A DNA stretch of 64,000 bases. Source: Porphyridium purpureum. Its lineage: Eukaryota. The stretch spans positions 744,001-808,000 of the forward strand of contig VRMN01000006.1 in the NCBI GenBank assembly GCA_008690995.1, written 5' to 3'. A model generated the notes under the pieces. That model ran no database searches, had not been told where the DNA came from, and saw only the letters and a program-made list of their open reading frames with translations. Shown here piece after piece: positions 1 to 10,729 of the stretch; position 1 is the stretch's first letter, and each line of letters starts with the position of its first letter. The position numbers and the translations under genes were made by a program.

Positions 1-777
1 CGCCGCGTCGCGATTGAATGGTCCCTTTCGTTTGATGATTTTGATGGCCACAGGGCGGTCGTCGACCTTGCGCCGCCCCGCACACACTTCAGAGAACATG
101 CCTTCTCCGAGTACCCGATCCTCAAAAATCTCATAGCGCCTATCAAACTCCGTTTCTTGAATTGAGTCTGTGTCATGTTCGCCGAGGTCGGACTCAAAGC
201 GCCGAAATGTCAGCTTGGACGTCAGCGCTTGTCGCACGCTTCTTTCGCGCGTATGTAGTGTTGGCGTCTTGCGGTCCCCAACAGAGCGCAAATTCTTCGA
301 AGATGGCTCGCGCTCGAAGTCATCTGACATGTTGGAGAGGTCTACGTCAAGCGGTGGGACAGCCGGAGGAGTAGTGGAATTCCTGGACCGCGCTTCGCTC
401 CCGAGGTCGATACTCTTTTCCTTCTTGGACATACCGCGTATCAAACTCGCGATCGACCGCTTTTCCTTGTCGTTCGCGCCGCTATGCGTTGCATCGTCCT
501 TTGCGCGTGGCGCCGGGTCTGGCGAGGTGGCTGAGGTTCGCGACGATGATCCATCGTCATTAGAGCGAAACCGCCGCGAGAGCGCGGCAAAACTCCGATT
601 TTGGGAGTCTCTGGCACCCGCCAATTCCGGCGGTGGTTCTGCCCACTTTAGGCCCTTGGTCTGCGATCGTGGGGGCGACTTGGATGTTGAAGCCAAATTC
701 TGAGCTGCGGCACTGCCATCATTTTTCCGCGGCGACATTATGTTGATATCATTCGACAGCAGGCGCATTGGCTTCAT
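1..777 (-). CDS. Protein kinase-like gene, N-terminal part, runs off the left edge (not in the ORF track)
   Basis: Manual translation from ATG 777 (MKPMRLLSND...) gives a long Ser/Arg-rich N-terminus, then YEIFEDRVLGEGMFSEVCAG (Gly loop) and PVAIKIIKRKGPFNRDAA, open to position 1. Confidence 0.85.
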   Translation of the reverse strand, partial: MKPMRLLSNDINIMSPRKNDGSAAAQNLASTSKSPPRSQTKGLKWAEPPPELAGARDSQNRSFAALSRRFRSNDDGSSSRTSATSPDPAPRAKDDATHSGANDKEKRSIASLIRGMSKKEKSIDLGSEARSRNSTTPPAVPPLDVDLSNMSDDFEREPSSKNLRSVGDRKTPTLHTRERSVRQALTSKLTFRRFESDLGEHDTDSIQETEFDRRYEIFEDRVLGEGMFSEVCAGRRKVDDRPVAIKIIKRKGPFNRDAA

Positions 778-1702
778 CGTGACGGCCTTTGTTTTCGACG
801 GCGAGAGCGGGGTGGGTGGCTTTGCTCTGGGAGCCGGGACGGTCCTTGAAGGAGACAGCGGCCGTCCATCCGACACGGCGTCATCACGATCCATTCCCGC
901 TTCCCACGCGTGATGCTCCCAGCCACTTGCCGACGCTCACACGCGCACAACGCGGCACTCTTCCGCCAATTCGAATTCGAATTCGAATTCCAGTTCCTCT
1001 GCTACTCCAAATTCACATTCAACACTTCCTAAAGCGGCTTCCCAATGGTGCGCATTCAGCGAACCCACACACTGAGCTCCACGCAGAGCCTCTACCCACA
1101 CTCACTCTGTCTCTCTGTCTCTCTGTCACTCTGTACTCTCTGTCCCCCTCCGACCTCTTTCGCTCCTTCGCTTCGTCCTTTTTGCAAAAAATCCATTCGA
1201 ACTGTACCTACTTTCTACTAAATGAACCCATTCGGATCATATCTTCATTAATTAACGCGGCGCTTCGTTATTTTAACATGCGCGCTGTCAGTCCTTTGCT
1301 GCAAATAACCGCGGGCGTTGCTGGGACGCACACACACACACCACGCAGACAGTAAACGGTTTCGTGGATCGTCTATTAAATCAGGCTGGTTTATTATAAA
1401 CACTCTAAACGGTTCACCGAAAATGAGAAGTTAGCCGATATGGAGGGAAAAGAGGCGGTTCGGAGCAACGCGGGTCGTGGAGCGATCGCCGCGGCGCTCA
1501 TTTCGGTTGTCGATTGGCGTGGTGGTCGTGTTTGGACACGAAAATAAAATGTGCGTCGCGTGACGAACGGCGTTTCTCATGCACTGGCAACGCTCGTTTC
1601 AATCCAGAATTTCGCAAGCTGAAGCTTCCAGGCGGCGGTATGGCTTTCACATCTGCTGCCGCAATTGACAGTCGCGCAGCTTCTCGCTTCTTCGGACACA
1701 CA

Positions 1703-1750
1703 CGGTGTCGCGGTGTCGCGGTGTCGCGGTTTCGCGGTTTCGCGGTTTCA
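1703..1750. repeat. 8-bp tandem repeat (CGGTGTCG x3, then CGGTTTCG/A x3)
   Basis: Read directly; lies in the intergenic region between divergent genes. Confidence 0.9.
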
Positions 1751-2166
1751 GTACGCATGCCCAAACGGTTTATTCTGTTAGGGTTAGCTTGCAAGACGCC
1801 CGCTGTTTAAGCGTTCAGTGAGCATATTGAAATAACGGCAAAACATCAGGACGGGGTGCGGCGTGACATCAGCCCGCGCCGTTAGGGTTCCTGAAGTACA
1901 CTGCTGTACTTCGCGGTACATGTGAGTACAGTGTCAGGCAGGTTTGTAACGGTCACGGCCGTTTTTTTGAAAATCGCGCAGGTGCCGCGGCGCGCCGTAA
2001 CGGCAATGCAGCGCGTGCGCGGTTCGCGCATGTGCGTGTGGGCGCGCGTGGAGGTGGTGAGCGAGGAAGCCCGTTTCGATGTGGTGGCGACGGCAGGTTG
2101 GTGTGGTGTGGTGATGCGCAGCCAGTGCGAAACCGCTCGCCTGCGACCTCTCTTCTCCAGTACGTC

Positions 2167-2167
<1 letters not shown>

Positions 2168-2218
<51 letters not shown>
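2168..2218. repeat. (CAG)17 microsatellite
   Basis: Perfect trinucleotide run about 350 bp upstream of the PH-domain gene ATG. Confidence 0.97.
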
Positions 2219-2220
<2 letters not shown>

Positions 2221-2564
2221 CACTTGCATGTACGATAAGGCTGCGGTGGCTGGGTGGCTAAAGTGGTCGAGCTCGTCCTCTGCTCTTTGTCTGTTTCGGC
2301 GCACGCGTTGCCGCGCTGCGTGTGTGTGTGCCGGATAATAAAGGTGTGGTGCAGTACGTTGTGGCAATCGCGAACAGGTTGAGCAGCAGACACACAGAGA
2401 GACAGGGAGGCATTGGGTGCGAGAGCTGGGGAACTTGTTCGTTGGGTGGTTGGTACTTGCGCAAGTGCCTTGTTCAGTGCGTGCGAGCGTCGGTCGGGGT
2501 TTCGCGGACGGGTCTGGATAGGAGACAGAGCGTGACACAGCGCACGCAAGGCCGCGGATAGGGG

Positions 2565-4346
2565 ATGGCACAACTTCAGCCAGGTACGGCGCCCAGCCGA
2601 AAGAAGGAGCCCGCGCCTTCGCACGATGCGCCGCAACCGCTGCCGCACGAGTGGCGCGAGATGTTAGAAAGAACGCGCTCTCAGCAGGGCAAGTCACCAA
2701 AGGCGTTGATGCGCAAGGACGCGCACGGCTCACAGGCCTCCGTCGTGAGCGTGCCGACCGAGGAGCTCTACGCGCACCAAAAACAAGACAAAATCAGAGA
2801 GGCGCAGGCGCAGAGGGACAGGCTTGCGGAAGCGCTGGAAATCGCCAAGGATAAGGACCGCTCGCACAAAAGAGCCCAAGGAACGTACAGAAAGACGCAG
2901 GCCAAGAAGGAGCTCAAGGAGGCGACAGACAACCTGTTTGCGCTCATGGCTGAGGTACAGAAGCAGGTGTCAATATTGGCGCTGGATCAGCAGTCAGAAA
3001 GCGGCGACGCATCAGAAGAGGAGTCTCGACGCAATCTATTTGAGTCCATGCAGATGGCAGAGCCGACCACGGCGCCCACCGAAAACACGATGGAGCTGTC
3101 GCACCGCATCGCGACACTTGAGCGATTGGTGCGCGAGAACATGGGCATGGACCTCAAGGCATTGGGCGCAACCAGCGCTCGCGATGGCGGCGGTGTGACC
3201 AAGACGCACGTGGCGCACACCGCCATCTCAAAAACATCCACGATGGGAGGCGCCGAAACCGAAACGCTCACGCTCATGCAAGAGGACCTCGCTGCACTCA
3301 AGGACGAAATTCAGCGCCTGCGCGTGGCCAATACGGAGCGTGTTGAGCAAGTGCCTCCTTCGACCGCTGCCGCGTCGGCTGCAACACAGCAATCTGCTAC
3401 GTCGTCGACCACGGACGGGTGCGAGCGAGAATCAGTTATCTGGAGGCGTATGGATGATTTGCTGGCCAGGGACATCGTGGTCCCGAAGAAGAGCGTCTTG
3501 AAGAAGCAGGCTACTGCCAAGGCGAAGGATGAAGCCTTCAAGAATGCCCGCTTCAACCAGGCACCTGTAGTGGATTCTCGGCACGAGGACGCCGAGAACA
3601 GCGCCGCAGCGTTCAATCGCGCCGTGGTAAAAACCTCGACTGTGGTTACTGCTCAGAAGCCTGCTGGCAAGCACGCGCCCTGGGATCCCGTTCCGGGCGG
3701 CTCGCTCGGTTCGAACGACTCGCGACACAGCTTTGATGCACCCGCTGAAATAATGAACAAACCGGAGGCACGCGAGGCGTGTGAGGACGCAAAGCGCAAG
3801 TCGGCTGCGCTAGGCTTGCAGTACGAAAAAGCAGCCATTGCCCAGTCGCTTCGAGCTCACCAGTTTAACGAAGTAGTGATCGCCGGCGGCGGGCAGCCCA
3901 TGGTGGCCGACTCTGCATTGTCTGGGCCGAGTCTGTCATCTGCATCGAAAGGTACCAGCAAGCCAGAAGAGCGTGATCACAGCGTCATAACAGACGGGCC
4001 GAGCGACTTCGCGAGTATTTCTCAGCAGTACATCTTTATGCGCCGAGGAGTGCTTTTCAGTCGCTTCAAGCTCAAGTTTGGTGTCTTTATGGAGCACAAT
4101 TACTTTGGCGCAGTGCTTTGTATCTACAACGTGGACAAGACGGGCGCTGTCGAGCACAATAAGAGCAAGATGATTGCGCTTAAACAGTGCAAGGTGCGAA
4201 GCAAAGGACCCGGCCACATCCAAGTCGGCGGAAAGCTGAAGTATTCTTTCTGCCTCAAGACTGTGAACAAGGAGTACTGGTTTGCCGTCGACGACAAGGC
4301 CACTCGGGACGTGTGGATTGAGAAGATTACACAGCGGCGAAGCTGA
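2565..4346 (+). CDS. Coiled-coil protein with C-terminal PH domain
   Basis: 593-aa ORF with heptad-rich segments; C-terminal PH pattern ending YSFCLKT...YWFAVDDKATRDVWIEKI. Confidence 0.8.
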   Translation: MAQLQPGTAPSRKKEPAPSHDAPQPLPHEWREMLERTRSQQGKSPKALMRKDAHGSQASVVSVPTEELYAHQKQDKIREAQAQRDRLAEALEIAKDKDRSHKRAQGTYRKTQAKKELKEATDNLFALMAEVQKQVSILALDQQSESGDASEEESRRNLFESMQMAEPTTAPTENTMELSHRIATLERLVRENMGMDLKALGATSARDGGGVTKTHVAHTAISKTSTMGGAETETLTLMQEDLAALKDEIQRLRVANTERVEQVPPSTAAASAATQQSATSSTTDGCERESVIWRRMDDLLARDIVVPKKSVLKKQATAKAKDEAFKNARFNQAPVVDSRHEDAENSAAAFNRAVVKTSTVVTAQKPAGKHAPWDPVPGGSLGSNDSRHSFDAPAEIMNKPEAREACEDAKRKSAALGLQYEKAAIAQSLRAHQFNEVVIAGGGQPMVADSALSGPSLSSASKGTSKPEERDHSVITDGPSDFASISQQYIFMRRGVLFSRFKLKFGVFMEHNYFGAVLCIYNVDKTGAVEHNKSKMIALKQCKVRSKGPGHIQVGGKLKYSFCLKTVNKEYWFAVDDKATRDVWIEKITQRRS

Positions 4347-4699
4347 TGAGCTTATCTGTGGCTCGCTGCTAGTTTCGTCCCAAGTGGATGTTTTCTTCTT
4401 TGTCCGCGCGTGCTGGGCCTCTGCGACTATCGCGGACTCGTGGTAACCCTCCCTACGAATGCAATGGTGCATGTATTCGTCTGCGGCATTTATCAACTTA
4501 CAACTTTGGCTTCCATGCACGCGCGCTCGCACGTACGCTCGCACGCTTGCACGTGCATGTAACTTACTCATAAATGTGTTTCACAACTCACACAAACTGA
4601 ATCATCATCGCCGTGAGACGCGGCATTGCGGTCCTGCCGTCTTGTCTATTTCGTCTTGCACCCCAACCGGGCTTCATGTCCGTGCCCGCTTGCAATGTA

Positions 4700-5638
4700 T
4701 CAGAGCTGCGTCTTGGCATCAAAGAGCCAGTCGGAGACTTCGGAAGGCAAACCGCTCGCTTCAGGTACCTGCGCGAAGCACTCGACCAGTTTCATAAACA
4801 GCGCCGGCTCCTCAATGTAGAGCCAATGGTCATGTTCCGGAAATACCACCGTGGTAGCCTTCGGCATGAGCTTACCGACGTATGCGGGACCCTGCCATGG
4901 AAAGATCTGAGTCTTTCGACCTACAAGGACCAGGGCCGGCACCTGGGTTGCCGCACAGAGCGGACGGTGATCAAGCTGCGTGTGGTCATACATAAGTTGG
5001 CACAGAGCATGCTGCGAAGCTCTCTTGGTTTCCGAAACGAGCATGTCGAGTAGCGCGGGATCCAGGCGCTTTGCATCCACCAAGCAGCACGCCGCATTCC
5101 CTCTTGCGAACGCGTCAAAATCTTCCATCACCTCTGTCTGCAGGCGTTTCAGGCTTTCGGCATCATAGCACCCATTGCTGCCGAGTGTCCAGTCCGGTGC
5201 GCGATTCTGCAGAGGCGCCTGGTCCACCAGTACCACCGCAGACACTTGACGATGCCCAAACAGTTCCAGGAAGCTCCAAATAATGGCACATCCCATCGAC
5301 GTCCCCACGAGCGCCACGCTCTTCTCGTTTCCGCACGCGTGTTGGATCAGCTCGTGTACGTCGTGCGCCAGCCGAGCGACGTGATACCCAAACGCCGGCT
5401 TGTCGCTCTCTCCATGGCCCCTCAAGTCTGGCACCACAAACGCCACGCCGGTTGGATCTTCGAGGGATGCTGTGCTAGTGATGTGAGCGAACTGCAAGGC
5501 CGGATCAAAGTACCGACGCGAGCCCGACCAACCGTGAAGCAGCACCGCGACGCGCTCGGCGGCGCGTGGGTCGCCGTGCGTATCGTACACGATCTGCACT
5601 CCGTCGTTTGTTACGAACACATGACGGCGCGCCATCAT
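4700..5638 (-). CDS. Alpha/beta hydrolase (non-heme haloperoxidase/arylesterase-like)
   Basis: FVTNDGVQIVY start, LLHGWSG, DLRGHGES, nucleophile elbow GTSMG, terminal His in HDHW. Confidence 0.9.
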   Translation of the reverse strand: MMARRHVFVTNDGVQIVYDTHGDPRAAERVAVLLHGWSGSRRYFDPALQFAHITSTASLEDPTGVAFVVPDLRGHGESDKPAFGYHVARLAHDVHELIQHACGNEKSVALVGTSMGCAIIWSFLELFGHRQVSAVVLVDQAPLQNRAPDWTLGSNGCYDAESLKRLQTEVMEDFDAFARGNAACCLVDAKRLDPALLDMLVSETKRASQHALCQLMYDHTQLDHRPLCAATQVPALVLVGRKTQIFPWQGPAYVGKLMPKATTVVFPEHDHWLYIEEPALFMKLVECFAQVPEASGLPSEVSDWLFDAKTQL

Positions 5639-7661
5639 GGATGAGCAGTCGCGTCAGGCCACGCTTGCGCGGTTGGAAAGCGAGGCGCGTGAGCTCTACA
5701 CGCAGTACCAAGCCAAGAAGGCGCAAATTGCCGAGCTACAGAGCGAGCAGGCGCGCGAGGAACGCGAGCGCGCAAGAAGCTTTCAAGCAGCGGTGGACTG
5801 GCTAGCACCGCGTGAGTGGGATGCCGACTGTGTTCGCGTGGCGCAGAAAGTGTTCGGAATCGTCTCGTTCAGACCGTTGCAAAGGGAGGCTTTGAACGCG
5901 TTCTTGGCCGGCAACGATGTGATTGCGGTTTTGCCCACGGGGTTGGGCAAGAGCCTCATTTTCCAGCTCCCATTTGCGCTGAATGGCGGCATTGTGCTCG
6001 TTGTGTCACCGCTGATTTCGTTGATGGAAGACCAGGTGCTCTCACTCCAAGCGCGCGGGCTAAGTGCCAAGCTGCTATGCAGTGACACCGTGAAGCACGA
6101 TGTGAATCGAATATACGCCATACTCGCTGCTGATGCGGCCACACAGCCCAGGCTGCTGCTGTATGTCACACCGGAGCGACTGGCAAAGAGCAAGATGCTC
6201 ATGAACAAGCTCCAAAGGGCCTTTGCGAACGGCATTTTGAGGGCCATTGCGATTGATGAGGCACATTGCTGCTCAACATGGGGTCACGACTTTCGCCCAG
6301 ACTACACCAAAGTCGGTATTCTACGCTCGCAGTTCCCTGGCGTTCCAATTGTGGCATTGACAGCGACGGCATCGGCCAGGGTTGTGGAAGAAATCAAGCA
6401 GATGCTGCTCATCCCGAGCGCCGTGGTGTTTCGTGGGCTGTTTGACCGACCCAACCTGTTCTACTCAGTGTGTCACAAACCGAACAAGGCTGCCATTGTA
6501 TCTGAGATTGCGGCACTGATCAAACGGTTGTATGAAGGACAGAGCGGGATCATCTACTGCTTTTCTCGCAAGGAGTCTTCGCTTGTGGCTGGCGAGCTTG
6601 CTGCGCTGGGCATTAAAGCAGCGCCCTACCACGCACAGATGGATGTCGCAGCGAGAAGCAACGTTTACCGGGCATGGAAGTCTGGCAAGACGCAAGTCGT
6701 TGTCGCCACGATAGCGTTTGGGCTCGGTATTGACAAACCAGACGTGCGCTTTGTGATCCACCATACCATGAGCAAATCGCTCGAGAGTTACTACCAAGAG
6801 TCTGGACGAGCCGGACGCGACGGCAAAGAGGCCGATTGTATTGTCTTGTACAGTTTAAGCGACATTACACGCGTTTCCACCATGGTGGCCGAGAGCCCGA
6901 ATCGAAACGTAGCGATTGGACTTTTTTACGATATGATACGCTTTTGTTTGGGTATGACTCGGGGAGATGCTTCAACAAGAGTGGCATTGTGTCGCAGACG
7001 CATCCTCGGCGGTTTGTTTTCGTGGAAGGGCGGTGCGTTCACGCACGAGCGGTGCTGTGATGTGTGCAGCACGCGCAATTTGTCGGGCCGTCCTGCCATC
7101 CCGGCTGTGGACCGCACGACAGAGGCCAAGGATCTTCTCCATATGGTCCTCCAAGCTCACGAGGCGGACGAAAAGGTGACGTGCCTCTCCTTTCTCGACG
7201 CATGGAGCAGCACGGGAAAGAACGCGAGCGCACGGCGGGGCAGCGAAGTCCCGCGCTGCACACTCAACCGGTTGGAGATGGAGCTCGTTACGGGCAGCAT
7301 GCTTGTGCAGGGCGTTCTGGCCGAGTTTTTTTACTACACACCGTACTCGATCATTTCGTACCTGATTCCAGGACCCAAGCACAGTGTGCTGTCTCGACTT
7401 GAAGACCACGCAGAGCGCTGCGGATCTGCTGAGCGGCCGTGTCGCATTGTCATCTTTCCCAGCCTGCTGCGGGGCCTACACGAACACGCGCAGGCTTCCA
7501 GCCGTGCATCACCTCACGTTGTGCCTATTGTCGACATCGATGCAGCTGCGGACTTTATCATCGACGCGGACGCAAAACAAGACGTCATCATCGACGCAGA
7601 CGCAGACGCAGACTCTGACAGTGACCAACTTGCAAGACCTTCGAAGCGAGCACATCTCTGA
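5637..7661 (+). CDS. RECQL: RecQ helicase, RECQ1-like
   Basis: N-terminal coiled coil, FRPLQ, PTGLGKS, DEAH, WGHDFRPDY, ALTATA, YYQESGRAGRDG, Zn-binding CRR...CCDVC. Confidence 0.95.
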   Translation: MDEQSRQATLARLESEARELYTQYQAKKAQIAELQSEQAREERERARSFQAAVDWLAPREWDADCVRVAQKVFGIVSFRPLQREALNAFLAGNDVIAVLPTGLGKSLIFQLPFALNGGIVLVVSPLISLMEDQVLSLQARGLSAKLLCSDTVKHDVNRIYAILAADAATQPRLLLYVTPERLAKSKMLMNKLQRAFANGILRAIAIDEAHCCSTWGHDFRPDYTKVGILRSQFPGVPIVALTATASARVVEEIKQMLLIPSAVVFRGLFDRPNLFYSVCHKPNKAAIVSEIAALIKRLYEGQSGIIYCFSRKESSLVAGELAALGIKAAPYHAQMDVAARSNVYRAWKSGKTQVVVATIAFGLGIDKPDVRFVIHHTMSKSLESYYQESGRAGRDGKEADCIVLYSLSDITRVSTMVAESPNRNVAIGLFYDMIRFCLGMTRGDASTRVALCRRRILGGLFSWKGGAFTHERCCDVCSTRNLSGRPAIPAVDRTTEAKDLLHMVLQAHEADEKVTCLSFLDAWSSTGKNASARRGSEVPRCTLNRLEMELVTGSMLVQGVLAEFFYYTPYSIISYLIPGPKHSVLSRLEDHAERCGSAERPCRIVIFPSLLRGLHEHAQASSRASPHVVPIVDIDAAADFIIDADAKQDVIIDADADADSDSDQLARPSKRAHL

Positions 7662-7962
7662 CTCGCCTACCTCGAAACATGCCGAACGCCCCTTCTCGAA
7701 TCAAATTACTCCACAAATTCCAGGGAGGTTCTTCGTCACACAAATTACAAGCGGCATTACATCCACGCGCACGTTAAACATCTATTATTTAACGAGATTC
7801 TTTCACCTTCTGTGGGACTTAATTAATTTCATGTTTCATGTTCCAAACCGAAGCTGCAAGAAAGGAGGAAGAAGGAAGAGGAGAGATTGTTGGGCACGGG
7901 GGAGAGAAGACGGGGGGAGGAGGAGAGAGAGCGCGAGAGCGAGCGAGCGCGGCTGGAGGAGG

Positions 7963-10662
7963 ATGGGGGATTGGGGCAGCGCGTTCAAGAACTTGACGTC
8001 TGACGCGAAGCGCGCGGCGCAGTCGATGTTCAAGGATGGAGCGGGAGGGGAGCGGGTGAATCGGGAGTATGAAGTGCCGCTGGGCTCTAGCGTGCCGAAT
8101 GAGTATGGTGGAGGCGTTTCTGGGAGTATGGGGAGCATGGGGAGTATGGGGATGCGCAGTGGGCCGTTGCCGGAGCAGCTGATGTCAGTCGCGGCAGAGT
8201 TCGATCGCCTCGCGGACACGTTTTTGTCGCAGGCCGTCGCTATCAAGAATACACATGTTGACGCGATAGCGGTGATGGATGGCATGGGCAAGCAGTTTGC
8301 GGCAGCGCACGCGATGGCTCAGAACCTGCAGATTGCCGCAACGCAAGGATTTGCGGGTGTTACGACGAGAAACGTGCCGCTGGAGGAGTCGGACGCCGAC
8401 CTCGTGACAGACGCGCTTGTCCAGGCACAGCTCGCCATTCTCGAGGAGCCGCTGCGAAAGGCCGAGCGTCGGTTCCAAGTGAACGTCATCTCGATCTTGG
8501 ACCAAGAGATGGGCCGCGCGCGAGAGCCCATGCAGCTTCTGGACAAGCGCAAACTTGCTCTGGCAGACTACGCAAAGTACCGGCGCCGCATCGACGAAGG
8601 CAGCACCTCAGCGGAGAATTTGACCAAGCTGCAGGCAAAGGAGGCTGAACTAGTGCAGTACACAAGAAAGGCCATGTCTATATTACGCGCGGCCGTGCCA
8701 ATTCGGTACACCATGATCTGCAAATGCATGTCAGAGCTGATTGAGCTGCAAAACTTCATGGCTACAGAGGCAGCACGGATACTGCGGGACCTGTGCGACA
8801 CTATTGGATCCGAGCGGCTCGCGGCCATGGACGCTGCAGATAACTCGTCGAAACGGCCTGGCACAACTGGCGGCTCGGATTCTGCGGGCCAGGGCGCTGC
8901 CCCGCGAGCCGCGTCGCCCGCCTCCTTTGACATTTTTGAAGGCCCTGGCGTGTCAAGGACAACGCCTGCGCGAGCGGCTTCGCCCGGAGACCCCTTCTTT
9001 GATGAAATTCCGGCCGACCAGAACGCAACGTTTTCCGCGTCGCCGTTTCCGGATGACAACGACGCAGGCTTCACAGACAACTTTGAGGAGGCGGTCCCAT
9101 TAGGAGGGATGAAGCAGTCTGCCGCATCCACGCGCGTGAATGGCACGGCTTCGACGAGGATGGCGGGCGGCGCAAGTGCCGGTGGTCCATCTTTACAAAC
9201 GCGCGCGACTGCCCCCGCGGGAAGCTTTTTGGATGAGCTGGATTCTTTCACATCTGGGAACCTCGACTCCTTCACAGGTGCCGCACGTAAACCATCTGCA
9301 GGCGCGTCGCTTCGAAGCAACGTTTTTGGCGGCCCGGATGTCACGTCCAGCAAGCCCTCCAATGGTGCGAATTTGCCCACTGGTTCGTCAAAGCAAGGCA
9401 CAACCTCCGCGGCGCCGAGCGGCGGTAAGCCATCGTATACAGAGGGTGATCTGCTGAACGCATTTAAAGACAGCCTTCAGAAGGACTCAAAAGCAGCTTC
9501 GACGGCTTCGCGCTCGACGGCCAAAAAGCAATCTTCCATGGCCGCGACTGGGCTTGAGGATTTGATGGGAGGCGCGTACGGCGACACAACGCCAAAGTCC
9601 GCAGCGGCTGCACCATCGGTGGCCAAATCGTCTTCGTCAAAGGTAGAAGAGGGCGATCTGCTCGGCGCGTTTATGGATACCAGCAGCTCGTCATCCAAAC
9701 CGAAAAAGAGCACCACAGCCAAGGCCGCAGCGTCGACATACGTTCCACCTCCATCGAGCAGCAGCAAGTTTTATTCCGCCACCAATCTAGGCAAAGAGTC
9801 TTCTGCCAAAAGTGAAGCGGATTCAGTCCCGGCTGCAAAGCGGTCGGCTTCTGCAAAGGTACCCGGGTCGGCTGCTGACAACATCTCTGGAGTGGATCGA
9901 GAAAAGGCGTTTAAGAAGGACGCCGATGACATCAAGGCGCGTGCAAAGGCCAAGCTTGAAGAAGTGCAGGAACGGGAAAAGGAGGAGCAGAAGCTCAAAG
10001 ACAAGAAGGACGACGCGCGCGATCATGCCGAGCGGCGTATCGACATGTGGACGGGCAATGGTTCGCGCCGCGGGAACCTTCGCGCTCTTCTCGCTTCTCT
10101 CGACACCGTGCTCCCTCCGCAGTGTACATGGACCGCCGTCGCGCTGGACAAGTTACAGGGCCCCAAGGTAAAGGCATTCTACTTGCGCGCCGTCGTGCAG
10201 GTGCACCCAGACAAGACCGCCTCGAAGGGGCTCACGCCAGAGCAGATGGTGCTGACCGAGTTGATTCTCGACGAGCTGAAGAATGCGTGGGAAGTACATG
10301 AGGCCAAAATGGAAGGAAAGGAACCGCCAGCTGGCTCGGTGGGGCCGAAGAATGGAGGCGGTATGGGAGCGGGCATGGGTGGCATGAATGGCATGGGCGG
10401 TATGGGCGGTATGGGTGGCATGAATGGCATGGGCGGCATGGGTGGCATGGGCGGAATGAACATGGGTGGCATGGGCGGCATGGGTGGCATGGGTGGCATG
10501 GGTATGGGCGGCATGGGCGGCATGAACATGGGTGGTATGGGCGGCATGCCAGGCATGGGTGGAATGCCTGCGGCGGGAATGTACGGTAATAATATGGGAG
10601 GTGGTGCGTATGGCCAACCCTTTGGCCAGCGCCAATATGGTCAGGGCAGTATGCGTCGCTGA
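7963..10662 (+). CDS. Auxilin-like J-domain protein with N-terminal BAR-like helical domain and GGM-repeat tail
   Basis: Likely ATG 7963 (MGDWGSAF); C-terminal NLRALLASLDTVL...KAFYLRAVVQVHPDK auxilin J domain; KRKLALADYAKYRRRI resembles BAR; DLL/DPF motifs in the disordered middle. Confidence 0.85.
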   Translation: MGDWGSAFKNLTSDAKRAAQSMFKDGAGGERVNREYEVPLGSSVPNEYGGGVSGSMGSMGSMGMRSGPLPEQLMSVAAEFDRLADTFLSQAVAIKNTHVDAIAVMDGMGKQFAAAHAMAQNLQIAATQGFAGVTTRNVPLEESDADLVTDALVQAQLAILEEPLRKAERRFQVNVISILDQEMGRAREPMQLLDKRKLALADYAKYRRRIDEGSTSAENLTKLQAKEAELVQYTRKAMSILRAAVPIRYTMICKCMSELIELQNFMATEAARILRDLCDTIGSERLAAMDAADNSSKRPGTTGGSDSAGQGAAPRAASPASFDIFEGPGVSRTTPARAASPGDPFFDEIPADQNATFSASPFPDDNDAGFTDNFEEAVPLGGMKQSAASTRVNGTASTRMAGGASAGGPSLQTRATAPAGSFLDELDSFTSGNLDSFTGAARKPSAGASLRSNVFGGPDVTSSKPSNGANLPTGSSKQGTTSAAPSGGKPSYTEGDLLNAFKDSLQKDSKAASTASRSTAKKQSSMAATGLEDLMGGAYGDTTPKSAAAAPSVAKSSSSKVEEGDLLGAFMDTSSSSSKPKKSTTAKAAASTYVPPPSSSSKFYSATNLGKESSAKSEADSVPAAKRSASAKVPGSAADNISGVDREKAFKKDADDIKARAKAKLEEVQEREKEEQKLKDKKDDARDHAERRIDMWTGNGSRRGNLRALLASLDTVLPPQCTWTAVALDKLQGPKVKAFYLRAVVQVHPDKTASKGLTPEQMVLTELILDELKNAWEVHEAKMEGKEPPAGSVGPKNGGGMGAGMGGMNGMGGMGGMGGMNGMGGMGGMGGMNMGGMGGMGGMGGMGMGGMGGMNMGGMGGMPGMGGMPAAGMYGNNMGGGAYGQPFGQRQYGQGSMRR

Positions 10663-10729
10663 AAGGAAAGAAAATTGCGCATTTTGTAGCAATTCTTTCT
10701 TTATAATCAACTCTTCTGTAGCGACACGA

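Noticed and set aside
968..990. (AATTCG)n run containing GAA and TTC
   Set aside because: Spacing does not fit nGAAn heat-shock units; treated as a simple repeat
1882..2733. ORFs with poly-Q, poly-C or poly-A tracts
   Set aside because: All are translations of the (CAG)17 microsatellite; no other coding signal
7384..7962. N-terminal extension of the 1092-aa ORF overlapping RecQ
   Set aside because: Non-ATG start, runs through an AT-rich terminator region and a purine-rich leader; ATG 7963 is more plausible
10153..10710. His/Ala-rich and Met/Pro-rich antisense ORFs
   Set aside because: Shadow frames of the GGM repeat
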